Source: an uncultured Candidatus Saccharibacteria bacterium | GTDB lineage: Bacteria > Patescibacteriota > Minisyncoccia > Phycocordibacterales > VMEP01 | Assembly: GCA_964414265.1 (NCBI GenBank) | Contig: CAYPVT010000002.1 | Location: forward strand, 1-34,855 | Direction of reading: 5' to 3' | DNA length: 34,855 nucleotides | Shown: positions 8,056 through 16,597 of the stretch, piece after piece | Layout of the letters: each line of letters begins with the position of its first letter | Numbering within the stretch: position 1 is the first letter of the stretch | Made by a program: the position numbers and the translations under genes | Notes under the pieces: generated by a model | What the model saw: the letters and a program-made list of their open reading frames with translations, nothing else | The model's database searches: none | What the model was told of the DNA's origin: nothing

Positions 8056-8922
8056 TTAAGTTACCCTGTGGATTTCTCCAAATTGTTCTGAAATTAAACC
8101 TTTAATTTCAAGGAGAGAAATAAGGGTGTTTAGTTGATGAATAGGGAAGTCTACATTTCTCGCGAGTTCATCTCGTGATATAGGCTCTCGTAGAATCTCC
8201 AATATTTTTCTTTCTTCATTTGAGCAATCAAGAAAAGCATTTTCATCTTGCACCTTTTTTTCTACAGAAAACCCAAGAGCAGAAATTAAATCCGCGCTTT
8301 TGGTGATTGGTGTCGCGCCCTCGCGGATTAAACGATTTGTCCCGAAAGATGAAAATGAAAAAATATTTCCCGGAACAGCATAAACCTCGCGATTGTAATC
8401 AAGAGCAAGTCGCGCGGTGATGAGTGTGCCAGATTTTTCTTCCGCTTCTATAATAAGTGTCGCTTTCGATACCCCAGCCATCAAACGATTTCTTTGAGGG
8501 AATGACCAAATTGTGGCGCGAAAGTCTGGTTCGTGTTCGGAAATTAGCGCACCACCTGCTTTAACGATATCTTCGGCGAGTTGCGCATTGGTTGCTGGAT
8601 ATAAAACTTTTCTTGAAATACCAGAACCAGGAAAAGCAATTGTTTGAAGTCCTGATTTAATTGCTGCGCGATGCGCAATGGAATCAAGGCCGAGAGCAAG
8701 GCCGGAAACAATAACAATCGGATAACCACGTAACCCTTCAATTAATTTTTCGCACACCTCTCTTCCGTAAGAAGTATATTTTCGAGAACCGACTACCGTG
8801 AGAAGAGTTTTAGATGAATCTGGAAACACTCCTTCTATAAAAAGATTTTTTGGTGGCTGTGGAATTTCTAGAATTTGCTTTGGAAACTCCTCTTTTGATA
8901 GTTTTCTTATATTTTGAACCAT
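8056..8922 (-). CDS. dprA: DNA processing protein DprA (Smf)
   Basis: 288 aa with VVGSRKYTSYGREV...VSGLALGLDSIAHRAA Rossmann-like core motifs and a C-terminal winged-helix-like tail. Confidence 0.9.
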   Translation of the reverse strand: MVQNIRKLSKEEFPKQILEIPQPPKNLFIEGVFPDSSKTLLTVVGSRKYTSYGREVCEKLIEGLRGYPIVIVSGLALGLDSIAHRAAIKSGLQTIAFPGSGISRKVLYPATNAQLAEDIVKAGGALISEHEPDFRATIWSFPQRNRLMAGVSKATLIIEAEEKSGTLITARLALDYNREVYAVPGNIFSFSSFGTNRLIREGATPITKSADLISALGFSVEKKVQDENAFLDCSNEERKILEILREPISRDELARNVDFPIHQLNTLISLLEIKGLISEQFGEIHRVT

Positions 8923-9135
8923 ATTGGTTTAGTAAACAAAAAAACAGTTCTTGTATTATAACAAGCTATTATTATTTTTTATGTGTATTTCTTTTGTGAT
9001 GTGTTTTGGGATATACTAAAAGTTAAGAAATAGGGCATTTTTTTTGTTATATAACATAACCCGCCCAAATTTTTGTTTACAAAAATTTATTTGAGTGACG
9101 GTTCTTATAACCGCTTTACTCCTTAAAAATCAGCC

Positions 9136-10410
9136 ATGCTCGACATAAAATTCATCAAAGAAAATCCAGACCTTATTCGCGAAGGCGCCCGTAAAAAACT
9201 TATCAATTTTAACGTTGATGACTTGCTCGCGGTTGAAGAGAAGCGTCTCGCAATCCTCCTTTCTGTAGAGAGCTTGCGCGCGGAGCAAAATCGAGCGAGC
9301 GACGAAGTCGCAAAAGGAATTGATCCTTCCGCGCGAGAGCTTTTGGTTTCTGAGATGAAACTTTTAAAAGAGCAATTGAAAATTAAAGAGGACGAACTAA
9401 AAGAAATAATGTCTTCTTGGCAGTCGTTAATGCTCCAAGTGCCAAACGTTCCGGACATGACCGTTCCCGACGGTTTAAGTGATGAAGATAATGAAGAAGT
9501 GAAAAAATGGGGAAAAATTCCTGAATTTAGTTTTGTACCCAAAAACCACATCGACCTTATGCAACAAAATGGAATGGTTGATTTTGAACGCGGAGTTAAA
9601 GTTGCGGGCTTTCGTGGATATTTCTTAAAAGGCGACGGCGCGCTTCTTTCTTTTGCTGTTTGGCAATACGCTCAAAAATTTTTCTTAAGTAAGGGATTTA
9701 CTCTGATAATCGCTCCATCTCTTGTTCGCAGAGAAGTATTTCTTGGTACTGGATATATTCCACAAGGAGAAGAAGATTTGTATAAAACACAGGACGGTGA
9801 TTTTTTGGCAGGAACCGCAGAGGTCGGAGTCATGGGTTATCACATGGACGAAGTTTTGAACAAAGAAGAATTTCCTAAAAAATATTTGGGATTCTCGCCA
9901 TGTTTCAGGCGCGAAGCGGGAAGTCACGGCAAAGATACAAAAGGACTCATTCGTGTTCACGAGTTTTATAAATGGGAGCAAGTAGTTTTATGTGAAGCAA
10001 GCCATGAGGAATCAGTAAAACTACATGAATGGTTAAATAGAAACACAGAAGAGTTTATTGAGTCTTTAGGTATTCCATATCACACCGTTGCCAACTGTGG
10101 CGGAGATTTAGGTTTAGGTCAGGTTAAAAAATATGATATTGAACTTTGGGTTCCGGGCGAAAATAAATATCGTGAAATCAGCTCCGCTTCATACTTCCAT
10201 GATTTTCAGACAAGACGCCTCAATATTAAATATAAAGACGCAGAAGGTAAGCTCCGCTTTGCACACTCTTTAAATAGCACTGCTATCCCGACTCCTCGCA
10301 TTTTAGTTTCAATCGTTGAGAATTTCCAAAACGCAGATGGTTCCATCACAGTTCCAGAAGCACTTCGTCCATTTTTTGGTAAAGACGTAATAAATAATAT
10401 TAATAGCTAA
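9136..10410 (+). CDS. serS: Seryl-tRNA synthetase
   Basis: 424 aa with an N-terminal coiled-coil arm and class II motifs (FRREAGS, RVHEF, GDLG...YD, SASYFHDFQTRRL). Confidence 0.95.
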   Translation: MLDIKFIKENPDLIREGARKKLINFNVDDLLAVEEKRLAILLSVESLRAEQNRASDEVAKGIDPSARELLVSEMKLLKEQLKIKEDELKEIMSSWQSLMLQVPNVPDMTVPDGLSDEDNEEVKKWGKIPEFSFVPKNHIDLMQQNGMVDFERGVKVAGFRGYFLKGDGALLSFAVWQYAQKFFLSKGFTLIIAPSLVRREVFLGTGYIPQGEEDLYKTQDGDFLAGTAEVGVMGYHMDEVLNKEEFPKKYLGFSPCFRREAGSHGKDTKGLIRVHEFYKWEQVVLCEASHEESVKLHEWLNRNTEEFIESLGIPYHTVANCGGDLGLGQVKKYDIELWVPGENKYREISSASYFHDFQTRRLNIKYKDAEGKLRFAHSLNSTAIPTPRILVSIVENFQNADGSITVPEALRPFFGKDVINNINS

Positions 10411-10421
10411 CTTCAATTGCC

Positions 10422-11273
10422 ATGGAATTTGGGCGTAAGTTTAAAACAAAAACATCTACCGCCCGTCTGCGCAGGCGGAAAGCATTAATTAAAAAAGCGA
10501 TTATAGTATCTGCTATTTCGTTTTTTGTATTGATTGTTTTTGTTTTTATAGTAAACCTGTCTTCGTTGCGAATAGAAAAGACAGTTGTTTTTGGCACAAA
10601 CATTCTTAAAGAAGATGATGTTCTTGAAGTGGTTAATGTTGGAATTTCTGGAAAATATTTTTTCCTTATCCCCAAAAACAGTATTTTCTTTTATCCAAAA
10701 GAGAGAATTAAAAATGCTTTGCTAAATAAGTTTGGAAGAATTGAAGCTGTGTATCCAGCGCTTGATAACGGAAATGTATTAGTAGTATCTATTTCTGAAC
10801 ATTCTCCAAAGTATTTATGGTGTGGGGATAAAAAGATAGAGGAGAATCATGCGAGCGGGAATTGCTACTTTACGGATAAAACTGGACTCATTTTCGTTAA
10901 GTCCCCAGATTTTTCTTCAAACGTCTTTTTCACTTTTTACGGACCGCTTGCTTCAACGACAGAACCAATTGGGGCAAGAATATTTTCAGTTGAAGAATTT
11001 GAGAGAGTTGTTTCGTTTAAAGACGCTGTTTCTGGGATGGGTTTTAAATCAAAAGGATTCGCGGTTTTAAACGATGGCGATTATGAGCTTAACCTTAGCC
11101 CCTCTGGAAAAATTCTTTTTAATACAAAAAACGATTTTACAAAATCACTCGATAACATTCTCTTGGCTATTACTTCGCTCCCGCTTTCCGACGAAATTAA
11201 AACAAAACTTGATTCACTTCTATACATAGACGTTCGTTTTGGTAATAAAGTTTTTTATAAGTTTGAAGACTAG
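10422..11273 (+). CDS. FtsQ-like cell division protein (single TM plus POTRA-like domain)
   Basis: Basic N-terminus, one TM helix (AIIVSAISFFVLIVFVFIV), then a POTRA-like IEKTVVFGTNILKEDDVLEVV segment. The assignment rests on architecture only. Confidence 0.5.
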   Translation: MEFGRKFKTKTSTARLRRRKALIKKAIIVSAISFFVLIVFVFIVNLSSLRIEKTVVFGTNILKEDDVLEVVNVGISGKYFFLIPKNSIFFYPKERIKNALLNKFGRIEAVYPALDNGNVLVVSISEHSPKYLWCGDKKIEENHASGNCYFTDKTGLIFVKSPDFSSNVFFTFYGPLASTTEPIGARIFSVEEFERVVSFKDAVSGMGFKSKGFAVLNDGDYELNLSPSGKILFNTKNDFTKSLDNILLAITSLPLSDEIKTKLDSLLYIDVRFGNKVFYKFED

Positions 11274-11348
11274 TCGAGATTGTCGCCCCTTTTAATTTTT
11301 ATGGGATTGTTGTAGTTTATCGAGAGTACAACTTCTTTGGAGAAGCCC

Positions 11349-11822
11349 ATGGGCAACATAGTGTATTCTGGTTTTCCGATTCACCTTGCGTACACGCTTT
11401 CAATCGCCATAGTTGAGGCGATGCAGGGCGGGCGCGAGTTTGTCGGCAAGAACGACCTCAAGCGACTTCTCGAGTGGTATCAGGGTGCTGTTTATCCCTA
11501 TAATGCCACCTTGTTTTCACGAGGCGGTGAAAGCGATGAGGGGCAAGCGCTCTATCTTCTGATGCGACGCGCCCAAGTGGAAAACGCCGTGAACGGGGTT
11601 CGAAGGAGGTCTTCGCTCTTTGATCGGGTTGTCGAGTTTGTGAAGAGGTTTCCTCGCGAAACATATTCACACCACGACGCCTATTTCGTTCTCAACTTTT
11701 TCAATGACCTTGCTTCCGGAATAAGGGAGTACAGGCTTTCGATTAAGCGGAGGCATATGATGGCGCTGGCGAGGGGAAATGTCGTAAGACTCAAAAACAG
11801 GATAGAACAGGCGCGGGCCTAA
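11349..11822 (+). CDS. Hypothetical protein, GC-rich orphan cassette P1
   Basis: GGAG lies 6 nt upstream of the ATG at 11349 (the track start at 11337 is a TTG). The ORF has its own terminator and no motif I recognise. Confidence 0.6.
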   Translation: MGNIVYSGFPIHLAYTLSIAIVEAMQGGREFVGKNDLKRLLEWYQGAVYPYNATLFSRGGESDEGQALYLLMRRAQVENAVNGVRRRSSLFDRVVEFVKRFPRETYSHHDAYFVLNFFNDLASGIREYRLSIKRRHMMALARGNVVRLKNRIEQARA

Positions 11823-11839
11823 AATCCTGCAGATACACA

Positions 11840-11868
11840 AAAGGGAGCGCCAGTCGCTCCCTTTTTTA
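11840..11868 (+). terminator. Rho-independent terminator of P1
   Basis: GGGAGCG-ccagt-CGCTCCC followed by TTTTTT. Confidence 0.7.
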
Positions 11869-11894
11869 ATTTTACGAAAAAATTTTTTAGCTTA

Positions 11895-11903
11895 TGTTAA
11901 TAT
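11895..11903 (+). promoter_or_regulatory. Extended -10 box (TGtTAATAT) 7 nt upstream of the dus ATG
   Basis: TG at 11895-11896 and hexamer TAATAT at 11898-11903. The ATG is at 11911 and there is no SD between them. Confidence 0.4.
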
Positions 11904-11910
11904 CGTGGAA

Positions 11911-12930
11911 ATGAAGGGATTTTGGAAAAACTTAAAAAAGCCATTTTTTGTTTTGGCGCCAATGGCCGACGTCACCGACGCGGCTTTTCGTCAGATTATC
12001 GCGAAGTATGGCAAGCCTGATGTTTTTTGGACAGAGTTTGTTTCTGCCGATGGATTATGTAGCCCTATTGGTCGAGAGAAACTTTTAATCGACCTTGCTT
12101 ATACAGAAGGAGAGCGACCAATTGTTGCGCAAATTTTTTCATCTAATCCGGATAATATCCGTGAGACGGCAAAGTTAATTAAAGAGTTGGGTTTTGATGG
12201 GCTTGATATAAATATGGGTTGCCCTGATAGAACAATAGAGAAACAGGGCGCGGGCGCTTCGTTGATGAAGAATCCAAAACTTGCGCAAGAAATAATTCTT
12301 GCCGCCAAAGAAGGCGCAGGGGATATGCCCGTGTCTGTTAAAACTCGCCTTGGATATAACAAAGATATTTTGGAAGAGTGGCTACCGATGCTACTTGAAG
12401 CTCGCCCCGCGGTTATCACCGTGCACGCGCGAAACAGAAAAGAGTTGTCGGATTTCCCAGCACGTTGGGAGATGGTTAAACGCGCTGTTCAAATTCGCGA
12501 CGAGTTGAAAAGTGAAACGCTAATTATTGGCAATGGTGACGTTAAAGATATTGCGGACGCTCGAATGAAAGTAAAAGAAACTGGCGCTGATGGCGTGATG
12601 CTGGGGCGGGCAATTTTTGGCAACCCCAGCCTTTTTAATCGTGAGCAAAAAGAAGTTGATATAAAAACGAGATTAAAAATTATGGTTGAGCATACAAAAC
12701 TTTTCGAAGAACTATTTGTTACGGGGACTTGTCACGTTAAAGACCGTCCTCGCGAAGCGAGTGCGGAGGGCACCTTGGGACGAAAGTCTTTTAACGTGAT
12801 GAAAAAGCACTACAAAGCTTACGCTCATGGATTTATCGGCGCCAAAGAGCTTCGAGTAGAACTAATGGAAACAAAAAATGCTAAAGAAGTTGAGGGGATT
12901 GTGGAGAAATTTCTAGGTGGTAGTCTGTAG
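11911..12930 (+). CDS. dus: tRNA-dihydrouridine synthase
   Basis: LAPMADVTDAAFR, DINMGCP and TVHARNR motifs of the Dus family. An alternative GTG start exists at 11905. Confidence 0.9.
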   Translation: MKGFWKNLKKPFFVLAPMADVTDAAFRQIIAKYGKPDVFWTEFVSADGLCSPIGREKLLIDLAYTEGERPIVAQIFSSNPDNIRETAKLIKELGFDGLDINMGCPDRTIEKQGAGASLMKNPKLAQEIILAAKEGAGDMPVSVKTRLGYNKDILEEWLPMLLEARPAVITVHARNRKELSDFPARWEMVKRAVQIRDELKSETLIIGNGDVKDIADARMKVKETGADGVMLGRAIFGNPSLFNREQKEVDIKTRLKIMVEHTKLFEELFVTGTCHVKDRPREASAEGTLGRKSFNVMKKHYKAYAHGFIGAKELRVELMETKNAKEVEGIVEKFLGGSL

Positions 12931-12955
12931 AAAGTAAAACGACGGAGGGTTCATT

Positions 12956-13486
12956 ATGAAATCAGTGTTGATCCAAGTTGAAAGGGCTACGAAACTGCTC
13001 AAAGCAAAACCACAGATTGCCAATCCGCTTTCGCCAAAAGGGGAGAAACTCTATCAGGAAGCCGAAAAGCGTTCCTTGGTTGATTTATACACTTCACGTT
13101 TGGCAAAATATCTTGAAAGCGAGGAGGGGCGAGCGGTAAGGGGCCTTTTTTCGGAAATGTGGGGATTGGATTCGGAAACGTGGGGATTGGATGGATTCAC
13201 TAAAACCAATCAATTGCGTTGGCGAATTCTTCTATACAGGTCGGAGAATTGCAATAACTCCAACCGGCAGGAGGTAATCTGGTTTGGTGGTAATGGCCTC
13301 GAACTTTACTACGTAGAAAAGGGGTCAAATAAATATCATTCCGCGCCAATTTCCCCGGCAGGCTTGATTGAGCGGATTGTTTTTAACGACGACCGATTTA
13401 ACGCAGCGGAAGTGGTAAGGCCGGAGCAGGTGATTCCATACATTCGTACGTGTACGATGGAGTTGGTCCGTTACCTGAACCGCTAA
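12956..13486 (+). CDS. Hypothetical protein, GC-rich orphan cassette P2, with an internal 7 aa tandem repeat
   Basis: GGAGGG lies 6 nt upstream of the ATG. The ORF starts 25 nt after the dus stop, has its own terminator, and shows no recognisable motif. Confidence 0.6.
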   Translation: MKSVLIQVERATKLLKAKPQIANPLSPKGEKLYQEAEKRSLVDLYTSRLAKYLESEEGRAVRGLFSEMWGLDSETWGLDGFTKTNQLRWRILLYRSENCNNSNRQEVIWFGGNGLELYYVEKGSNKYHSAPISPAGLIERIVFNDDRFNAAEVVRPEQVIPYIRTCTMELVRYLNR

Positions 13487-13515
13487 AGCCAGATGTTCTT
13501 GCAGAGAAAAGAAAT

Positions 13516-13549
13516 GGGGTTGCGCCAGTCGCACCCCGTTTTGTTTTTT
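13516..13549 (+). terminator. Rho-independent terminator of P2
   Basis: GGGGTTGCG-ccagt-CGCACCCC followed by GTTTTGTTTTTT. It shares the GCGCCAGTCGC core with the P1 terminator. Confidence 0.7.
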
Positions 13550-13555
13550 AATTAG

Positions 13556-13577
13556 AAAAAGAAAAAGGTGCATAAGT
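13556..13577 (+). repeat. 22 nt perfect direct repeat, copy 1 (AAAAAGAAAAAGGTGCATAAGT)
   Basis: Identical 22-mer occurs again at 15946-15967. Confidence 0.9.
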
Positions 13578-13607
13578 TTATCTCAAGTTCCAAATTGACA
13601 ATTTTTT

Positions 13608-13616
13608 TGTTATAAT
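13608..13616 (+). promoter_or_regulatory. Extended -10 box (TGTTATAAT) 7 nt upstream of the ATG at 13624
   Basis: TGtTATAAT at 13608-13616 with no SD before the start. This predicts a leaderless transcript. Confidence 0.45.
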
Positions 13617-13623
13617 TTTGTTT

Positions 13624-14097
13624 ATGAAAGACAGGAATATTTTTCTCATTATTGCGATTATCGTTGTTAGCACCGTTTTTCTGTTTATATATAAAAAAGA
13701 TTTAATAGGAACACTTTCGGTCTTTAAAAAAAATATATCAACAACTACACAAGAGCCCGTGAGAACGGATTTCGGCACCGATGTACCCGCCGATTTTCCG
13801 GCAGACATTCCCATTGAAGATGGAGCACAAGCCGAGCAGAGCTATAGTCTGAATTATGCCGGCCAAAAGCAACTGACGATAGTCTTTCTTTCAACCAAAA
13901 TGGTGAAAGAAAATTATGTGCTCTATGCAGATCTTCTCGCGAAGCAAGGCTGGAACGTTTCCAACAAATACGAAAGCCCGAAACTATTCTCCCTGTATGG
14001 CATGAAAGAGAGTAACGACATAAACGTGACCATCAGCGAGAACACCTCGGCCACCTCCACGAAGTCGCAGGTAAGCATTAGTGTTTTGAAAAAATGA
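13624..14097 (+). CDS. Hypothetical membrane-anchored protein
   Basis: N-terminal TM helix (IFLIIAIIVVSTVFLFIY). The stop overlaps the next gene's start (ATGA at 14094-14097). The track start at 13618 is a TTG. Confidence 0.6.
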   Translation: MKDRNIFLIIAIIVVSTVFLFIYKKDLIGTLSVFKKNISTTTQEPVRTDFGTDVPADFPADIPIEDGAQAEQSYSLNYAGQKQLTIVFLSTKMVKENYVLYADLLAKQGWNVSNKYESPKLFSLYGMKESNDINVTISENTSATSTKSQVSISVLKK

Positions 14098-15884
14098 TGA
14101 AAACAATTCGCACTATTTTTACAGTCGTTGCCTTGTTCTTAATAACACCAAGTTTCTCTTTTGCAGGTACGCAAACTTTCACGAGTAACGGGACTTTTAT
14201 TGTTCCCGTAGGAGTCACCAGTGTATTGGTCAACATGAGTGGTGGTGGGGGTGGTGGGGGTATGCAATGGTCTTGGGTGTGTGGAGTCTCGCAGTTCGGA
14301 ACGTCTGGTGGCACGACCTCTTTTGGTGGCCTTTTAGTCGCACTTGGTGGATTTGTTGGAAATGGCGGATCTGATCCAGCCCTAGGTGGTGCTGCAGGTG
14401 GCGCAGGAGGAGTATCAGGCAGTCCTGGTGGTTGGAGTTGGGGAGGCGCAGGTGGGGGTAGTTTATTTGGTTCTGGGGGGACAGGATTTTACAGGATTCC
14501 TAACACTCAGGATTTTCCTGGTACGGGAGGAAATGGATATGGAGCCGGAGGCGGAGGAGGGATTACTGGTGGTGGGGGAGGAGGGGGTGCAGCTTTTAGC
14601 GGGAGAGTACTTACTGTTGTTTCTGGTCAAATTATACCAGTAACTGTTGGAACTGGTGGGCTAGCTAATATTGCAGTATGTCCCCAGTTTTCATCTGGGG
14701 CAGGCGCTACGGGTTTTGTTAGTGTTTCTTGGACAGACCCCACATTTGGCACCATCAACGTCTCCTCCAACATTTCCTCCTCATGGACCATTACCGGCCC
14801 AGCGACGATTACCGGCTCTGGCACATCACAGTCCTCGCCATCAAAACCGACAGGAACGTACACCATTACGTGGAATGATGTAGCTGGATATACTAAACCA
14901 ACTTCACAGAGCCTCACCCTTGTTTCAGGTGGCACAATTACCTTTAATGGTGTATATACAACATCGATTAATCTTGTAAGTCAAAATCTTTCCGTTCCAG
15001 CATCTGCAACGAGCGGGACGGCACTTAACTTTACAGCTGATGTTAGAAACATTGGTACCGCAGGTACGGATATTGGTTTTAGTGACAATTTTAGCTATCA
15101 ATGGAACGGCACAGGAGGAACGTGGACGAATCTCCCGCTTATTCCAAAGACCCCACTTTTAGCTAGCGCCATGTCGGGAGATTTTGGTTCATACACACCA
15201 ACTCAAACAGGAACTCTATATATTCAACATTGTGTTGATTCGGCAAATGTTGTTAATGAAGGAACAGACGAAACACCAAATTGCTCTGTAAGTGGAGCGG
15301 GGATAATCGTTACCCCTCCACCAAACACACCACCCATAGCCACAATCACCATCCCAGCTATCAACATCACAATTCCTGAAAATCAAGATCAGCAATTTAC
15401 AGGAGAGGCAACAGATACCGATGGAACGATAGTTGGGTATGAATGGAGAGTTGGGAACTGTGCGACGGGCACCATCCTTAGCTCTTTGGTAAGTTTTGTT
15501 AAATCATTTACACTGGGAACATACGATGTTTATTTTAGGGCTCAAGACAACAATGGGTTTTGGTCATCAAATTGTCCGTCGCGTAGAATTGATGTCATTG
15601 TAAATAATCAAATACCAGGGGTGTGTGGTTCTGCTAATGGGGTGCCAACACAAATAAAACCAGTTTCTAATCTTTGTGCCACAGTGGGATTACCAAGTCC
15701 AGTTGTTTTGCCAAATAGTAATTTTACACCATCTTGGTCGTGGGTATGCGCTGGAGAAAACGGTGGCGCAGATGCTACTTGTGGAGCTGTTACTTCATGT
15801 GGTGATAATAAATGCCAAGCATCTAAAGGAGAGAACCCGTCAACATGTAGGATTGATTGCAAAATAAATGTCATTGAATTTTAG
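14094..15884 (+). CDS. Secreted multidomain surface protein (Gly-rich N-domain, CARDB-like and PKD-like domains, Cys-rich C-terminus)
   Basis: Signal peptide MMKTIRTIFTVVALFLITPSFSFA|GTQ. Further segments are FTSNGTFIVPVGVTSVLVNMSGGGGGGG and poly-Gly tracts, a CARDB-like stretch (ALNFTADVRNIGTAGT), a PKD-like stretch (GEATDTDGTIVGYEWR) and a C-terminal CGSANG...WSWVCAGENGG...C module. Confidence 0.75.
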   Translation: MMKTIRTIFTVVALFLITPSFSFAGTQTFTSNGTFIVPVGVTSVLVNMSGGGGGGGMQWSWVCGVSQFGTSGGTTSFGGLLVALGGFVGNGGSDPALGGAAGGAGGVSGSPGGWSWGGAGGGSLFGSGGTGFYRIPNTQDFPGTGGNGYGAGGGGGITGGGGGGGAAFSGRVLTVVSGQIIPVTVGTGGLANIAVCPQFSSGAGATGFVSVSWTDPTFGTINVSSNISSSWTITGPATITGSGTSQSSPSKPTGTYTITWNDVAGYTKPTSQSLTLVSGGTITFNGVYTTSINLVSQNLSVPASATSGTALNFTADVRNIGTAGTDIGFSDNFSYQWNGTGGTWTNLPLIPKTPLLASAMSGDFGSYTPTQTGTLYIQHCVDSANVVNEGTDETPNCSVSGAGIIVTPPPNTPPIATITIPAINITIPENQDQQFTGEATDTDGTIVGYEWRVGNCATGTILSSLVSFVKSFTLGTYDVYFRAQDNNGFWSSNCPSRRIDVIVNNQIPGVCGSANGVPTQIKPVSNLCATVGLPSPVVLPNSNFTPSWSWVCAGENGGADATCGAVTSCGDNKCQASKGENPSTCRIDCKINVIEF

Positions 15885-15945
15885 TATTTGTTTATGTTGC
15901 TTTTGTGGCGTTATGGGTAATAACGTATTCATGGAGATCCGTTAA

Positions 15946-15967
15946 AAAAAGAAAAAGGTGCATAAGT
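15946..15967 (+). repeat. 22 nt perfect direct repeat, copy 2
   Basis: Identical to 13556-13577. The two copies bracket the two-gene surface-protein operon. Confidence 0.9.
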
Positions 15968-16046
15968 GGTGTTGTGATAAATTCCTGAAGTTATAGAATA
16001 AAGAGAGGAATTACCTATAACCTATAAAAAAGAGAGGAGCGACATT

Positions 16047-16475
16047 ATGCATATCGTGTGTAGGTCGGAAGAGGTGAAGTTCTTTGCGAAAGTTGAACGC
16101 CGTCTAGAAAGAGTAATCGACTGTGTCGCCATCGTCACGGTCGTTAGGTCCCAATACGGAATTCACACCGAGGTTGATGTTGTTTTGTATCGCCTCAACC
16201 GGAGAGAAGTCCGTTTCGGAGGTAAAGAGACGTTCGAGTTGGTACGCTTTTTGCCACAGGACAAAGAGTTGGCTTTTAATTTTTTTCCACACGGACCACC
16301 GTTTTTGAATAGCGGTCCGGCATGGAAGGAAACCACCGGCTGGCTTGCCCCCGTGATCGATTCGTACAGAACAATTTATGAACCCGGCTTGGTGATGGTA
16401 GAAGAGTATCCCCAAAAAATACTACCCACACCTTTCAGGCTGAGTGCGTGCCCAGATTCCCGCGTTTTGCGTTGA
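16047..16475 (+). CDS. Hypothetical protein, GC-rich orphan P3
   Basis: GAGGAG lies 7 nt upstream of the ATG. No recognisable motif. Confidence 0.55.
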   Translation: MHIVCRSEEVKFFAKVERRLERVIDCVAIVTVVRSQYGIHTEVDVVLYRLNRREVRFGGKETFELVRFLPQDKELAFNFFPHGPPFLNSGPAWKETTGWLAPVIDSYRTIYEPGLVMVEEYPQKILPTPFRLSACPDSRVLR

Positions 16476-16597
16476 AGACCCCAATTTTGTTTGCCGAGTT
16501 AATCGGTTAGCGGAGTTGGGGCTTTTTGTTTACAACTTTTGTATGTTGTGTTAGTATTTTCACGGGAATGTTCCCATAACGAAAAAGAAGGATAGTG

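Noticed and set aside
8923-9135. Possible T-box or other riboswitch leader upstream of serS
   Set aside because: I could find no T-box consensus (AATTAGGGTGGTACCGCG-like), specifier hairpin or terminator/antiterminator pair. The region looks like an AT-rich divergent promoter.
9123-9551. 142 aa minus-strand ORF overlapping the start of serS
   Set aside because: It lies antisense to a confidently identified serS and has a low-complexity, Ser-rich composition.
14386-14935. Several 70-100 aa ORFs on both strands inside the Gly-rich surface-protein gene
   Set aside because: They are artefacts of GGN/NCC-rich repeats and all lie within a longer ORF that has a signal peptide and recognisable domains.
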